From an uncultured Nitrososphaerota archaeon (GTDB lineage: Archaea > Asgardarchaeota > Njordarchaeia > Njordarchaeales > Panguiarchaeaceae): a stretch of 64,000 nucleotides of DNA. Positions 1-9,891 of this stretch are shown here, one piece after another. The notes beneath the pieces are model-generated. The model was given only the letters and a program-made list of their open reading frames with translations, did no database searches and was not told where the DNA came from. The DNA lies in the NCBI GenBank assembly GCA_964636085.1, contig CAZWPQ010000003.1, positions 3,015-67,014 on the forward strand, given 5' to 3'. Numbering within the stretch: position 1 is the first letter of the stretch; each line of letters begins with the position of its first letter. Both the position numbers and the translations under genes were made by a program.

Positions 1-795
1 CCTAGCATTATTAAGGGCTACAGTGGGATCCAACAACCAAATAAATTCCCCACAGCAGACTGTTAGTTCTTTACCTAAAGGATGTCTAATAATATTTAAT
101 CCCAGTGATTTCTGTAGATCCTCAAGTGTATCGGTTATATTCATCCATCTTGTAAGAATACAGGATTCCTGTAGGATATATGTAGAGTCGGCATTAGTTT
201 CCACGTCGCTGGAGATGTTCTTAGCTATGTATTTAATGGCATACTCGATGGTTGTTTTAAGCCCCATTTTTTTGTCAAGTAGCGACAATGAGAGCATATC
301 AAGGGGATCGTATACTAGCAAGTGTGAGGGAGAAATATCATTGATTAGATCGACAATATCCTTGTTAAGGAGGTAAAAAAGATCCTCGTAGCCATACATG
401 AATAACTCTATACCCAGGGTCTTTGGGTATGTGATAATCCCAGTTTCTGGGTTGATCTTCTTTGTTATTTCGAATAGACGTTTCGCTATCCCTGCGAATT
501 TATCTACCTTTCTCCCCGATTCCTCCATCAAATTATTATTCTTGAGAGTTTTTTTATAGTTCTCTACACAGGGATGCTTAATGTTGAGGGCAATGAAATA
601 ACTGAGGACAGACTCCCTCCACGCGTTTAGAATTAAATCGCTGCTGAAAAATAGACATATATTGCTATGTTCTGTCTTAGGCACAAACTCTTTAATGCTG
701 GGTAAGAATTGTCCAGCACCAAAAATATCGCCATATTGTTGATAATTGGATTTAAAGTATTTGATTAACTCTTTTATTCGGGATAATTGTTCCAT
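1..795 (-). CDS. hypothetical protein (N-terminal 265 codons; gene continues past window start)
   Basis: Minus-strand frame is open from the ATG at 795 to position 1. It is absent from the ORF track because no stop lies in the window. My translation: MEQLSRIKELIKYFKSNYQQYGDIFGAGQF...HPLGKELTVCCGEFIWLLDPTVALNNAR. No family recognised. The + strand ORF 23..376 looks antisense and low-complexity. Confidence 0.5.
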   Translation of the reverse strand, partial: MEQLSRIKELIKYFKSNYQQYGDIFGAGQFLPSIKEFVPKTEHSNICLFFSSDLILNAWRESVLSYFIALNIKHPCVENYKKTLKNNNLMEESGRKVDKFAGIAKRLFEITKKINPETGIITYPKTLGIELFMYGYEDLFYLLNKDIVDLINDISPSHLLVYDPLDMLSLSLLDKKMGLKTTIEYAIKYIAKNISSDVETNADSTYILQESCILTRWMNITDTLEDLQKSLGLNIIRHPLGKELTVCCGEFIWLLDPTVALNNAR

Positions 796-912
796 AATAT
801 GCACCAATAACAATTTTTTCGCACATTTGTAATCTAAAATATTTGTCATATTTTTGGAAATAAAGGAAATCATTCAGATTTGTCTAGGGTTTCGAGATTG
901 GCAAAATATATC

Positions 913-1824
913 ATGATGGCTCTAGGAAACCCTGTGTTTGATATAATAGAGACGCCATATGTAAAGACGGATGGTAGAGTATTGTCTGGATGCTCGGTTA
1001 ATGCCGCTCTCGCTGTAGGTAAACTTGGTGGTAATGCCATTATTGTAGGCTGCGTTGGGGAGGACTTTAGGGAATACATGCTCCAAAAACTCAGAGAGTA
1101 CGGAGTAAATGCATATGTTTTCCCTTCTTATGAATCCGGTGGATTCCATTTGCGTTATATTGATGCGACTATGAACGATAGAACATTAAGAATTATAGGC
1201 CGAGCGGGGAGAATAAAGTTGGAAGCAATACCGAGCGACCTGTTAGGTGAGTCCGAGAGTATATTATTTGGCCCGATTCTGGACGAGCTGGATATAGACT
1301 CCGTAGTAAAATTGGCGAGGGATGCGAAGGATAAATTTTTGGTTGTTGACCCCCAAGGATTTATAAGGGAATGTCGAGGAGATGATATAGTAAGGGTTAA
1401 CAATCCGAGGATAAGAGAAATAATCGAGGTCACGGATGTATTTAAACCCAATGAGCATGAGGCAGAGGTTATTTTTGGCGACATGAATCCAATTAAGATA
1501 GCTAAGAGAATACTAAAATATGGAGCATCGGTAGGCATTGTAACACTGGCAGAAAGGGGTTCTATAGTGGCGTTTGATGATAAGGTTTATAGAATATTGG
1601 CATATAGGACATCAGCAAGAGACCCCACGGGTTGCGGCGATGTCTATGCGGGGGCACTGATGTATTATTATGTAAGGCATGGGAATATATTAGAAGCAGC
1701 AGCATTTGCATCAGCAGCAGCATCGTTTATGGTGGAGTCCACGGGGCCAGATTTTATGATTAATAAAAAAGAATTGGATAAGCGCTTTGAGTGGATTTTA
1801 GAGAGGGTAGAGAGGGTGGAGTAA
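913..1824 (+). CDS. PfkB-family (ribokinase-like) carbohydrate/nucleoside kinase
   Basis: Track ORF 880..1824 starts at a TTG; the first ATG is at 913. C-terminal PfkB signature DPTGCGDVYAGAL. N-terminal region is ribokinase-like (LGNPVFDII...GGNA). Confidence 0.85.
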   Translation: MMALGNPVFDIIETPYVKTDGRVLSGCSVNAALAVGKLGGNAIIVGCVGEDFREYMLQKLREYGVNAYVFPSYESGGFHLRYIDATMNDRTLRIIGRAGRIKLEAIPSDLLGESESILFGPILDELDIDSVVKLARDAKDKFLVVDPQGFIRECRGDDIVRVNNPRIREIIEVTDVFKPNEHEAEVIFGDMNPIKIAKRILKYGASVGIVTLAERGSIVAFDDKVYRILAYRTSARDPTGCGDVYAGALMYYYVRHGNILEAAAFASAAASFMVESTGPDFMINKKELDKRFEWILERVERVE

Positions 1825-1826
1825 CA

Positions 1827-2438
1827 TTGGGTAACATTAGGGAAAAATATGAGAGATCCACAGTCCCTATCGGCAAAGCCCTAGCTAGGATAGGACTAAC
1901 ACCAAACATGATGACTATTTCGTCAATACTTATCAGTCTGTTATCGCTATATTATTTCTATCATAAGAATCTATTGTATGCCTTCATAATTATAGTTATT
2001 GCTGGAATCTTGGACATAATGGATGGTGCAATTGCGAGGGCCACTGGACGTGTATCCAAATTTGGTACGTTGCTTGACAATACTGCGGATCGTGTTGTAG
2101 AAGGCATAGCGATATTAGGCCTTGTTATAGGCGGATACATATACGGGTGGATAGGAGTGCTAACAATAATGGCGATGTATCTACCGAGCTACATAAGAGC
2201 AAGGGGCGAGGCAGAGTTAAACATTAATGCAAGGGGGGTAGGAATTTTTGAAAGAAAAGAAAAGCTTGGTCTGTTGTTCGGTGGGATGATTTTATTGGTC
2301 CTAGGGGTCGAATATGTGTTTGATCTATATATAACCAGTCTCGACCTTATGAATATGATATGTATACTCATAGCATTAGGTTCGATTATATCCTCCATCC
2401 AACGCTTGCTATATTTTAAGAATCAAGCAAAGACCTGA
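1827..2438 (+). CDS. CDP-alcohol phosphatidyltransferase family protein
   Basis: Motif DIMDGAIARATGRVSKFGTLLDNTADR matches D-x2-DG-x2-AR-x8-G-x3-D-x3-D. Several hydrophobic helices. Start uncertain: track start 1791 overlaps the kinase, while TTG 1827 follows the upstream stop and a GGTGGAG SD-like site. Confidence 0.85.
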   Translation: MGNIREKYERSTVPIGKALARIGLTPNMMTISSILISLLSLYYFYHKNLLYAFIIIVIAGILDIMDGAIARATGRVSKFGTLLDNTADRVVEGIAILGLVIGGYIYGWIGVLTIMAMYLPSYIRARGEAELNINARGVGIFERKEKLGLLFGGMILLVLGVEYVFDLYITSLDLMNMICILIALGSIISSIQRLLYFKNQAKT

Positions 2439-2450
2439 TGTAAGAGGGAT

Positions 2451-3056
2451 TTATTCATTTTTGTTTTCCTTAAGGAAAATTTCGTAGTATTCACGTTTGA
2501 TCCTTACGGTTTTGCCACAGTGTTTACATTTAAAAATAACATCGCTAGGGGTCTCTTCTATGATCTCTCTTAATCTTCTACCACAATAACAAACAAACCC
2601 CCTAAGTCGAGCTGGATTCCCATAGACGAGTCCATACGGAGGCACATCTTTGGTTACAACGGCACCAGCCCCTATCATTGCATATTCCCCAATAACGATT
2701 CCGCATACTATAGTGGCGTTGGCACCTATAGATGCCCCCCTTTTGACCAATGTAGGTATAAGCTCCCAATCATCATTAAAGGAGCGAGGATAGAGATCAT
2801 TCGTAAACGTCGCATGAGGCCCTATAAAGACGTCATCCTCTATTTTGACCCCACGATACACACTAACAAAATTCTGTATCTTGACATTGTTGCCGATCTC
2901 AACATCCTTGTCAATGTAGACTCCCTTACCAATGTTACAATTTTCGCCAATTTTTGCGCCGCACCTCACATGGACAAAATGCCATATCCTAGTCCCCCTG
3001 CCTATTTTTACGTTTTCCTCGACAATGGCGGTAGGATGCACGAAAAAATCCTCCAT
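2451..3056 (-). CDS. left-handed beta-helix (hexapeptide-repeat) sugar N-acetyltransferase with C-terminal zinc ribbon
   Basis: HPTAIVEENVKIGRGTRIWHFVHV...IGENCNIGKGVYI...IGNNVKIQNFVSVY... resembles WxcM/QdtC/WbpD-type LbH acyltransferases. C-terminus carries CYCG...CKHCG (CxxC...CxxC). Likely start is MEDFF at 3056. Confidence 0.8.
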   Translation of the reverse strand: MEDFFVHPTAIVEENVKIGRGTRIWHFVHVRCGAKIGENCNIGKGVYIDKDVEIGNNVKIQNFVSVYRGVKIEDDVFIGPHATFTNDLYPRSFNDDWELIPTLVKRGASIGANATIVCGIVIGEYAMIGAGAVVTKDVPPYGLVYGNPARLRGFVCYCGRRLREIIEETPSDVIFKCKHCGKTVRIKREYYEIFLKENKNE

Positions 3057-3170
3057 AATACACCCCAATTTTATGTGAATCACTTAAAATAATCTTTGCC
3101 CAATATATCAATTGTTAAATATATTACTATAAAATGAGAATGTAGGCCAGTCAATATACTGGGAGGGGGT

Positions 3171-4028
3171 ATGGCGAGAAAACAACGTAGTATTCTAAGT
3201 AGCTTAATTAGTCTAGAGCTCGCAGACAAGACAGACAAGAAGCTAATACATGTGTTTAGCAAATTATTTTCCCGTTTGAAGAACCCAAACGATTTCCTGG
3301 AGCTTTTTTATGCACTTGTTGATTTAGGTTCAGAAAAATTTGCTAGAGTTTTATCATACCTCAATGCCAAAATACAAAAACACATCAAACAGTTAGGTAT
3401 GGAGAAGCTAAGAGTATTATTACTGTATACATCCCAGACGTGTCCACGTTGTTTGAAAATGTTCCTAGATAGATTCGGCGAGGATATTAGCGGAGTTATT
3501 GATAGGATGCATTTCAATGATATTGTAATACTAGCGATAAATATTTCGTTACTAAATGAGGACTGTGGCCAATGGTTTGTGGAGGCGATGAAAGATACTA
3601 TCAGGAGACTTGCAAGAACCGAGGGTTTTAACCATTTTGGGACAGTGATATGGTACATGGCGACCCTACGGCAGTATAGGCTTGCAAGATTGTTTATAGA
3701 TATTCTATCTGACATATTCCTGCAGAAATGCAGGAGTATATCTGAAATAGGTGACTTCTTGTTCTGGCTAAGTCGTGGTTCTGAAGAAATAGGCGACTAT
3801 GCATTTGAGGTTGTAAAGAAACACATTTTTGATTTGATGGAAACATCGACAATTCAAGAGATAGCTAGGTTTCTTGTAGTGATAAAAAAGCATGATGGCA
3901 TGGCCAAGAGGGTTATGAGGGAAGTTGCTCCAAGGATAAGGGGTAGACTTAAGACAAAAGAGGAAGCGGAGAGACTAAGAAACATACTAAATTATTTCCG
4001 TATAGATGTGGAAGAGTTAAATTTTTGA
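3171..4028 (+). CDS. hypothetical alpha-helical protein
   Basis: 285-aa ORF with helical-repeat-like composition. No motif recognised. The next ORF starts 1 nt after its stop. Confidence 0.6.
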   Translation: MARKQRSILSSLISLELADKTDKKLIHVFSKLFSRLKNPNDFLELFYALVDLGSEKFARVLSYLNAKIQKHIKQLGMEKLRVLLLYTSQTCPRCLKMFLDRFGEDISGVIDRMHFNDIVILAINISLLNEDCGQWFVEAMKDTIRRLARTEGFNHFGTVIWYMATLRQYRLARLFIDILSDIFLQKCRSISEIGDFLFWLSRGSEEIGDYAFEVVKKHIFDLMETSTIQEIARFLVVIKKHDGMAKRVMREVAPRIRGRLKTKEEAERLRNILNYFRIDVEELNF

Positions 4029-4029
4029 T

Positions 4030-4362
4030 TTGAGATATATCGATGTGATCAACGTGTCTGGCAAAGATATTGTTAGCGCGATATATGATGATGTGATAAG
4101 ATGCACGCAGTGCAATCTATGTATACTTGGATGCCCTTTATTTATGGGAACGAGATATGATCATTATTCTCCTAGGGGGATCATAGTTCTTGTTAGGGAT
4201 TATATCGAGGGAAGAATAGGGATCGAGGGTTTTCTGTCATATTTAGTCTATTTGTGCAATTTATGCAAGAACTGTGATGTGAGGTGTCCATCAAAAATAA
4301 AGATCACTGATATTGTTATTAAACTCAGAAAGATGTTAAGTAAAGAAGGAAAAGAAGAATGA
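4030..4362 (+). CDS. small 2x[4Fe-4S] ferredoxin-domain protein (GlcF/GlpC/HdrC N-terminal-like)
   Basis: Two cluster motifs: CTQCNLCILGCP and CNLCKNCDVRCP (CxxCxxCxxxCP). TTG start directly after the upstream stop. Confidence 0.7.
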   Translation: MRYIDVINVSGKDIVSAIYDDVIRCTQCNLCILGCPLFMGTRYDHYSPRGIIVLVRDYIEGRIGIEGFLSYLVYLCNLCKNCDVRCPSKIKITDIVIKLRKMLSKEGKEE

Positions 4363-4422
4363 TTCATCTATGACCGTGAAGAATATGTGTAGTATCCTTT
4401 TGCTCTTTGCGGGGAGTGGAGT

Positions 4423-5424
4423 ATGGGAGTGTGCGGCAAAGTATTCATAGCGTGGAGTAGGCTTTCAAGCAGGACACTTAGGTATGCAAAAGAATTGGGT
4501 GTTAAGGTCATTTTTATAAGGGATAGGCCTCCCTATTTTAGATGTCTTTACCATACCATAGCTAAACTGCTGAGGGGGAAATACAAGATAGTTTTTGTCC
4601 AATTAGCCCCCGGCCCCCTACTTCTCATAGCCTCTATACTGAAATATATAAAGAGATTTGTGCTGGTTGCAGATATGCACTCATTTTTCATGTTGCCTAG
4701 TTCCTTAGGGGGATACTTGATAAATAAGCCGTTTGGCTTTTTCCTAAGGTTTTGTGATCTTATTTTGATACATAGCAAGGAGGTTAAAGACTCGCTCCCC
4801 AGTAGTATTAGGAGAAAGGCGCTTGTAGCATATGATCCACCAATATTTCGCATGAAGGGCAAGAGGAAAAGTGGGGGAGACGCATTCACAATAGTCTTTC
4901 CCGCATCCTTCGCGAGAGATGAACCAATCGAAAATATAATCCTTGCTGTTAAAAAATTAGCTGAGAAGGGAATGAATATTAGGTTGGTAATCACTGGTAG
5001 ATATGAAAGGAGGAGGGAACTACTTAAATTTTCTGATGGTAAAACAATAATCTTCACGGGGTATCTGCCCATGGATAAGTATTACGATGTTATCTATAGT
5101 GCAGACATGATCGCTGGCCTAACAAAAGTTAGCTACTCCCTAATGGCGGTAGCATTGGAAGCGATGTTCGCCGAGAAACCACTTTTGTTGAGTGATAAAC
5201 CGGTATTTAAAGCTATTTTCGACAGAGGAGTCGTATACACCGATAATACGGTTAGTGATCTAATTGCAAAGATATCATATGTATATAAAAATCGTGATCT
5301 TCTTGAGAGGTTGGGGAATGGGATGGCGGGGGTAAAGCTAAAGTATCTAGCAACGTATCGCGCTATAGTCGGAAAACTGAGAGAGTTGATGGATAAAATA
5401 TGTACGATATCTACTAAAAGGTGA
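4423..5424 (+). CDS. glycosyltransferase (GT-B, GT1/GT4-like)
   Basis: 333-aa ORF. C-terminal half has a GT1-type nucleotide-sugar binding region (...LMAVALEAMFAEKPLLLSD...). Confidence 0.65.
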   Translation: MGVCGKVFIAWSRLSSRTLRYAKELGVKVIFIRDRPPYFRCLYHTIAKLLRGKYKIVFVQLAPGPLLLIASILKYIKRFVLVADMHSFFMLPSSLGGYLINKPFGFFLRFCDLILIHSKEVKDSLPSSIRRKALVAYDPPIFRMKGKRKSGGDAFTIVFPASFARDEPIENIILAVKKLAEKGMNIRLVITGRYERRRELLKFSDGKTIIFTGYLPMDKYYDVIYSADMIAGLTKVSYSLMAVALEAMFAEKPLLLSDKPVFKAIFDRGVVYTDNTVSDLIAKISYVYKNRDLLERLGNGMAGVKLKYLATYRAIVGKLRELMDKICTISTKR

Positions 5425-5428
5425 GTGT

Positions 5429-6328
5429 TCAAGAAGATTTTATCACAAGTTTAGGATCCTTAAAATAGGAGATTATAAGGGAGTGGTAGTCGGTCAGTTT
5501 TTTGGGTTTCTTCTTAAGCACAAAATTAGAACTCCAAAATGCATGATCCGTATGTATACCACCACGCATTCCATGGTCAGATATAATCAATATCCAAGAA
5601 TCGCTGTGGTGTTTCTCTAGTAGTCGTCTCCACTGGGTGACCCATCTTGAAAAAATCTTATATGTTTCCAATAACATTATCGGCTTATTCCAATACAAAT
5701 GACCAACAACATCTGTAACATAAAAATGTATCATAATGATATTCCATCCGTCCTGTACCAATAGTTTCTCTAGCATCATTTTTTTCTTTTTTTCGAGTAG
5801 CCACTGCAATCTCAATCTCTTTTCCGTCATTTTCTTATCACCGATACATTTGGTAAGGGGATAGTAGAGATCCAAGAGAAATTGCTCCCTCCATAGATTA
5901 TACCCCGGCACAGAAATAGCGATGGAATTAGGTATTTCCTCAAATATTGTACTGACCTTTAGATCTTGTTTTCCCATAGGCCTGATTCGTATTCCTTTCT
6001 TATGCAACATATATGCTGTTCCTCTTCCTCCACCCTTTCTTCTCCGGATAGATTCTATGAACCTCTCTATTTTTTTATAGAACAATGGATGTGTGGCTAT
6101 ACTGGCAATGAATCTAAATATTCTGCTTTCATAAGCAACGAAATGTGTGATTCCAGTATCCACATGCCCCGAAATAATTATTGACCATAGCCATGGTGTA
6201 ATTAATTTCTGTTTGTAAGGGGCGAGGTCGATCTTGCCATAGTCTTTCTGCATGAATGCCTTAAACCTAAACTTGGTGACAATATCATATTCCAACGCGT
6301 CGAGCCCCAGTATTAATAATTTTGGCAA
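5429..6328 (-). CDS. alkaline-phosphatase superfamily protein (type I phosphodiesterase/nucleotide pyrophosphatase-like)
   Basis: N-terminal LILGLDALEYD, then TPWLWSIIISGHVDTGITHF, and C-terminal ILIISDHGM. These match the AlkP-core metal and nucleophile regions. Confidence 0.7.
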   Translation of the reverse strand: MPKLLILGLDALEYDIVTKFRFKAFMQKDYGKIDLAPYKQKLITPWLWSIIISGHVDTGITHFVAYESRIFRFIASIATHPLFYKKIERFIESIRRRKGGGRGTAYMLHKKGIRIRPMGKQDLKVSTIFEEIPNSIAISVPGYNLWREQFLLDLYYPLTKCIGDKKMTEKRLRLQWLLEKKKKMMLEKLLVQDGWNIIMIHFYVTDVVGHLYWNKPIMLLETYKIFSRWVTQWRRLLEKHHSDSWILIISDHGMRGGIHTDHAFWSSNFVLKKKPKKLTDYHSLIISYFKDPKLVIKSS

Positions 6329-6359
6329 CTTGGGACACCCCCTGCAGGAGGCTTATATA

Positions 6360-7649
6360 CTATTCTTTCTCGGGGACGGGGAGGGTTTCGTTCCCGAGAG
6401 GCAGTACGAGTACTTTACAGTCCAGATGCTCGTTGATTATGTCATCAAGTACCTTCTGGGCATCATCTATGGGGTGAACTCTGTAAATATTTTGGAGAAG
6501 TTCTGGATCAAGGCTAGACTTTAGATATAGCCTATAATTAGCAACAGTGTTTGTCAGGTAGTAGGCCTTATGTGCACCCAGTCTAAAGTTCTTTTTAAGC
6601 TTTTCCTTGATTTTTTCGAGGGCCTCGTAGACATCGTATTTAGCATGCTCCCTCATCCATTCATCAAATATCTTATTGCCGATACCATCGATGCATTCAG
6701 CAAGGACAATTAAATGTCCTCCCTTCCTTGTTGCCTGCTCAGCAAAATAAATGGCTTTGTGGGCTTGATAAAGGTTGATATCGAATGGATATCCACCCGG
6801 GCTGGCGATAGTAACATCAGCAGGCTCTGGGGTTTTCACTACATACATTCTTTCAACGAGTTTTATTCCCTCTAAAAATGCTTTTTCAAAGTCGCCTGCA
6901 TACACTTTTATTACTTCCTTACGGGAGTTTAAAACTACATTAAGCATAAAATCAACACCCGCCATTCTGGCGGCCTCCATCATATCCTCGCTTACAGGAT
7001 TACCCTTATGTATACCAGCTCTGCTATTAGGATGGAAAAGCATTGCATGATTATGCTGTATTGAGGTTCTTCCAGCAATACCCGGCAAGATTGATTTTCT
7101 CCCGCCACCAAAACCTGCATAATAGTGAAGTGTGATGTCCCCAGTTATGATCTTTAAATCAGCCTCATCATAGATCCTGTTTATGTAGACTGGTGTACCA
7201 TATCTTGTAGTGCCCTTAAAAACTAAATCATCTGCATCGCAATTATGGTTAACCCAGCGATATTTTGTAGCTATTTCCTCACCCAACAATTTCATGGCCT
7301 CTTTCTTAGTAACGTCTCTGTGTGTTCCAGTAGCAAAGATTATGGTTATGTCCTCTCGTTTAATACCCGCATCATGAAGTTCCTTAAGTATAGGTGGCAA
7401 CATTAAATGTGATGGAGCTGGTCTCGTCGCGTCATCCACAACAATTGCTACCTTATAGCCTGGTTTTGCTAGTTTTGATAATTTTTCAGAACTAATGGGA
7501 TTATTAAGAGCCCTTTCTATATCTAAAATGGGGTTTGATGATCCTGGGATTTCTTTAGGCCATGCAACCATCATGAAGTTTTTATCGGGTATGTTAATCC
7601 TGAAGCTTGTCTTACCATAGGAAAGATCTATCTTCGTCAACGAGATCAC
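6360..7649 (-). CDS. larA: lactate racemase-like nickel-pincer enzyme (LarA/DUF2088 family)
   Basis: Collinear with LarA as I remember it: IDLSYGK..., VVDDATRPAPSH, IIFATGTHR, HYYAGFGGGRKSILPGIAG, GNPV..DM, NLYQAHKA. Start uncertain (track TTG 7673; GTG 7649 or TTG 7640 fit the LarA N-terminus). Confidence 0.85.
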   Translation of the reverse strand: MISLTKIDLSYGKTSFRINIPDKNFMMVAWPKEIPGSSNPILDIERALNNPISSEKLSKLAKPGYKVAIVVDDATRPAPSHLMLPPILKELHDAGIKREDITIIFATGTHRDVTKKEAMKLLGEEIATKYRWVNHNCDADDLVFKGTTRYGTPVYINRIYDEADLKIITGDITLHYYAGFGGGRKSILPGIAGRTSIQHNHAMLFHPNSRAGIHKGNPVSEDMMEAARMAGVDFMLNVVLNSRKEVIKVYAGDFEKAFLEGIKLVERMYVVKTPEPADVTIASPGGYPFDINLYQAHKAIYFAEQATRKGGHLIVLAECIDGIGNKIFDEWMREHAKYDVYEALEKIKEKLKKNFRLGAHKAYYLTNTVANYRLYLKSSLDPELLQNIYRVHPIDDAQKVLDDIINEHLDCKVLVLPLGNETLPVPEKE

Positions 7650-7751
7650 CAAAAAAATTAACAAATTATGCAAATTTTAACTAAGACTGTTTGTTGGGGT
7701 TCCATCTAGCAAGAATTGCGCTCATTTATTCATAGGTATTAGCCTGATACT

Positions 7752-9047
7752 TCATTTTTTGTGACCTTGTTGTTTTTGTAATAACCATTTCCATAGTGGC
7801 ATGTATTTTATTGCTTTGTTATTGATTCTGACTTCACCTTCTAGGCCCCATGTGATCACTAATAGGTTGCTACATTTCAGTAGTTCGCTAGCCTTAATTA
7901 GTGCTTTTATTTCCCTTCTGTTTACTTCATCAATCATGTTCGCATAGGTTACCTGTATCAACTGTAATACTTTTTCTCCCTCCTTTATGACAAAATCAAC
8001 CTCGTTTTGTTGATAGTCCTCCCAATAATAAATCTCCCAATTATTGAACCAATAGCTTTTCCTTCTCATTAATTCTACCGCTACAAGGTTTTCCATGAGC
8101 CTACCAATGTTGTGTGAGATTCTAAAGCCTATTGTATTTATTATTCCATTGTCTACACAGTAAACTTTTTTGGGGGATATATATTGGCTTTTTAGCTTTG
8201 GTGAATATTTCTCTATGAGAAATATCAGGTATGCGTTTGATAAGTAGTAAGAGTAATTCCTAATTGTCTGTACACTTTTAACGCCGAGTATGTTTTTAAG
8301 CTTGTTAAAGGAAATTTTTGACGCCGAGTTAGATACGTAGTATCGGGCAAGTTCCCTTAGTATGCTCTTATATTTAATATTGTATCTATGCATGACATCT
8401 CTCTCTAAAATGTCCCTATAGTTTGTGGCTAGGAAACTTCTCCCCAATCTGTAGGCTAGTGGAAAACCCCCGATCTCTAGATATTTCTCCAAGAAATTTT
8501 TTACTCTCGCGATATCTCGTGTTGAATAAAGGTTTGGTCTAAAATCATTAAATACAAGATACTCTCTAAAGCTGAAAGGAAATAGCTCAAAGTCAATATG
8601 TCTGCCAGTTAAAACTGTTGCTAGTTCTCTACTCATTAGTCTAGCATTACTACCAGTAATAATTATTTTTTTCGTTGGTAATATCCTCGAAACAAATCTT
8701 TCCCATCCCTCGACCCATTGGATCTCGTCAAAAACTATGAATTCTACATCTCCTTTCAAGGAGTATACGGCCTCCAAAACCAAATTGAGTTGATTCGATT
8801 TTAACTGTAATCGTTCATCCTCAAAATTAATATATGCAGCATTTTTGTTCTTTGTAAAAAGGAAAGCCAAAATGGACTTTCCGCATCTTCTTATGCCAGT
8901 TATTATACCAGCAACATCAGTAGAAATGTTCTTAACCTCTAATTCCCGAGGGATAATCTTTTCGCTTCTAAGTTTCTCTCTTAGCTGTTCCTCCGTATCA
9001 GTAATGGCGACTTTTATAGCCTCAATACTCATCATAATCATTACCAA
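7752..9047 (-). CDS. AAA-type ATPase (AAA_14 + DUF4143-like, COG1373-type)
   Basis: Walker A GIRRCGKS and Walker B IVFDEIQ. C-terminal EVDFVI...LIQV is a PD-(D/E)xK-like segment typical of this archaeal ATPase family. Confidence 0.8.
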   Translation of the reverse strand: MVMIMMSIEAIKVAITDTEEQLREKLRSEKIIPRELEVKNISTDVAGIITGIRRCGKSILAFLFTKNKNAAYINFEDERLQLKSNQLNLVLEAVYSLKGDVEFIVFDEIQWVEGWERFVSRILPTKKIIITGSNARLMSRELATVLTGRHIDFELFPFSFREYLVFNDFRPNLYSTRDIARVKNFLEKYLEIGGFPLAYRLGRSFLATNYRDILERDVMHRYNIKYKSILRELARYYVSNSASKISFNKLKNILGVKSVQTIRNYSYYLSNAYLIFLIEKYSPKLKSQYISPKKVYCVDNGIINTIGFRISHNIGRLMENLVAVELMRRKSYWFNNWEIYYWEDYQQNEVDFVIKEGEKVLQLIQVTYANMIDEVNRREIKALIKASELLKCSNLLVITWGLEGEVRINNKAIKYMPLWKWLLQKQQGHKK

Positions 9048-9336
9048 AATTATTTAATTTATACTTTAAGAATTATTAAAAAGTTTAAATTTATAATTCA
9101 AAAATTGATTAGATGAAGCAAATTACAAGGGGGTTATTGGCTATAAAGGTTATTTATTATCTACTCTGAGACAAAAAATCAATTTTTATCGCATTATATT
9201 TTTGATCGAATATTTAAATATCGATATTAACATTGGTAAAACATAGGGGTTCTGAAAACAAAAGAAATAATGAGAAAACCTTAAGTGCGAAAATTGTGGC
9301 TATACTCCTCAAATATATGGTATGGACACTTAGGAC

Positions 9337-9891
9337 TCACCACCACGCTACTCTCGGGGGCCCAAATATCCCCACGGTTCCATATTCACGGCGAAGTAAA
9401 GCTGAACCCGCCAATATCAGGCCGATGGGGGAAAGGATAATGGTCAACATAAATACGCAACCAAAAGTTATATATCTATCCTTAAGATTCCTGAACAAAA
9501 AGAAGGTCAGTATGCCAACAATAGGTATGATGAAACAAAAGACTTCATACAAGAAAATTATAGCGTCATATAGATCCCAATGATATACTGGTGCAGGTAA
9601 AACAAATATGATACCTAAGAGGCAATATGTTAGTGTGAAGATGCAATACAGGTAGCCAATATTTAGTCTAGCAAGGTTTTTTCCAACGCCTAGAACCACG
9701 AAGGATATAGCAAGGACAAATATTATTTTAAGCAGTGCAAAGCAAAAAATGATCAACCAGTACACAACAAATAATTCCCAATACCAAGTAAAAACTATTA
9801 ATGTCGTAAGAAGTTCTGTGGCTCCCCAGCCAATCAGCAACATAGCGAATAGAGGTACTCTGTCCTGCTCTTCATACCAATATGTCACCAT
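9337..9891 (-). CDS. hypothetical polytopic membrane protein
   Basis: 184 aa with about five hydrophobic helices. Preferred over the overlapping + ORF 9233..9583, which is basic and low-complexity. Confidence 0.55.
   Translation of the reverse strand: MVTYWYEEQDRVPLFAMLLIGWGATELLTTLIVFTWYWELFVVYWLIIFCFALLKIIFVLAISFVVLGVGKNLARLNIGYLYCIFTLTYCLLGIIFVLPAPVYHWDLYDAIIFLYEVFCFIIPIVGILTFFLFRNLKDRYITFGCVFMLTIILSPIGLILAGSALLRREYGTVGIFGPPRVAWW

Noticed and set aside
23-376. 117-aa plus-strand ORF at the window start
   Set aside because: The minus strand is open across the whole 1..795 region with a sensible protein-like translation and a start next to a divergent promoter gap. The plus ORF looks like its antisense shadow.
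9233-9583. 116-aa plus-strand ORF
   Set aside because: It overlaps the 184-aa minus-strand ORF, which has a coherent multi-TM profile. The plus product is basic and low-complexity with no motif.
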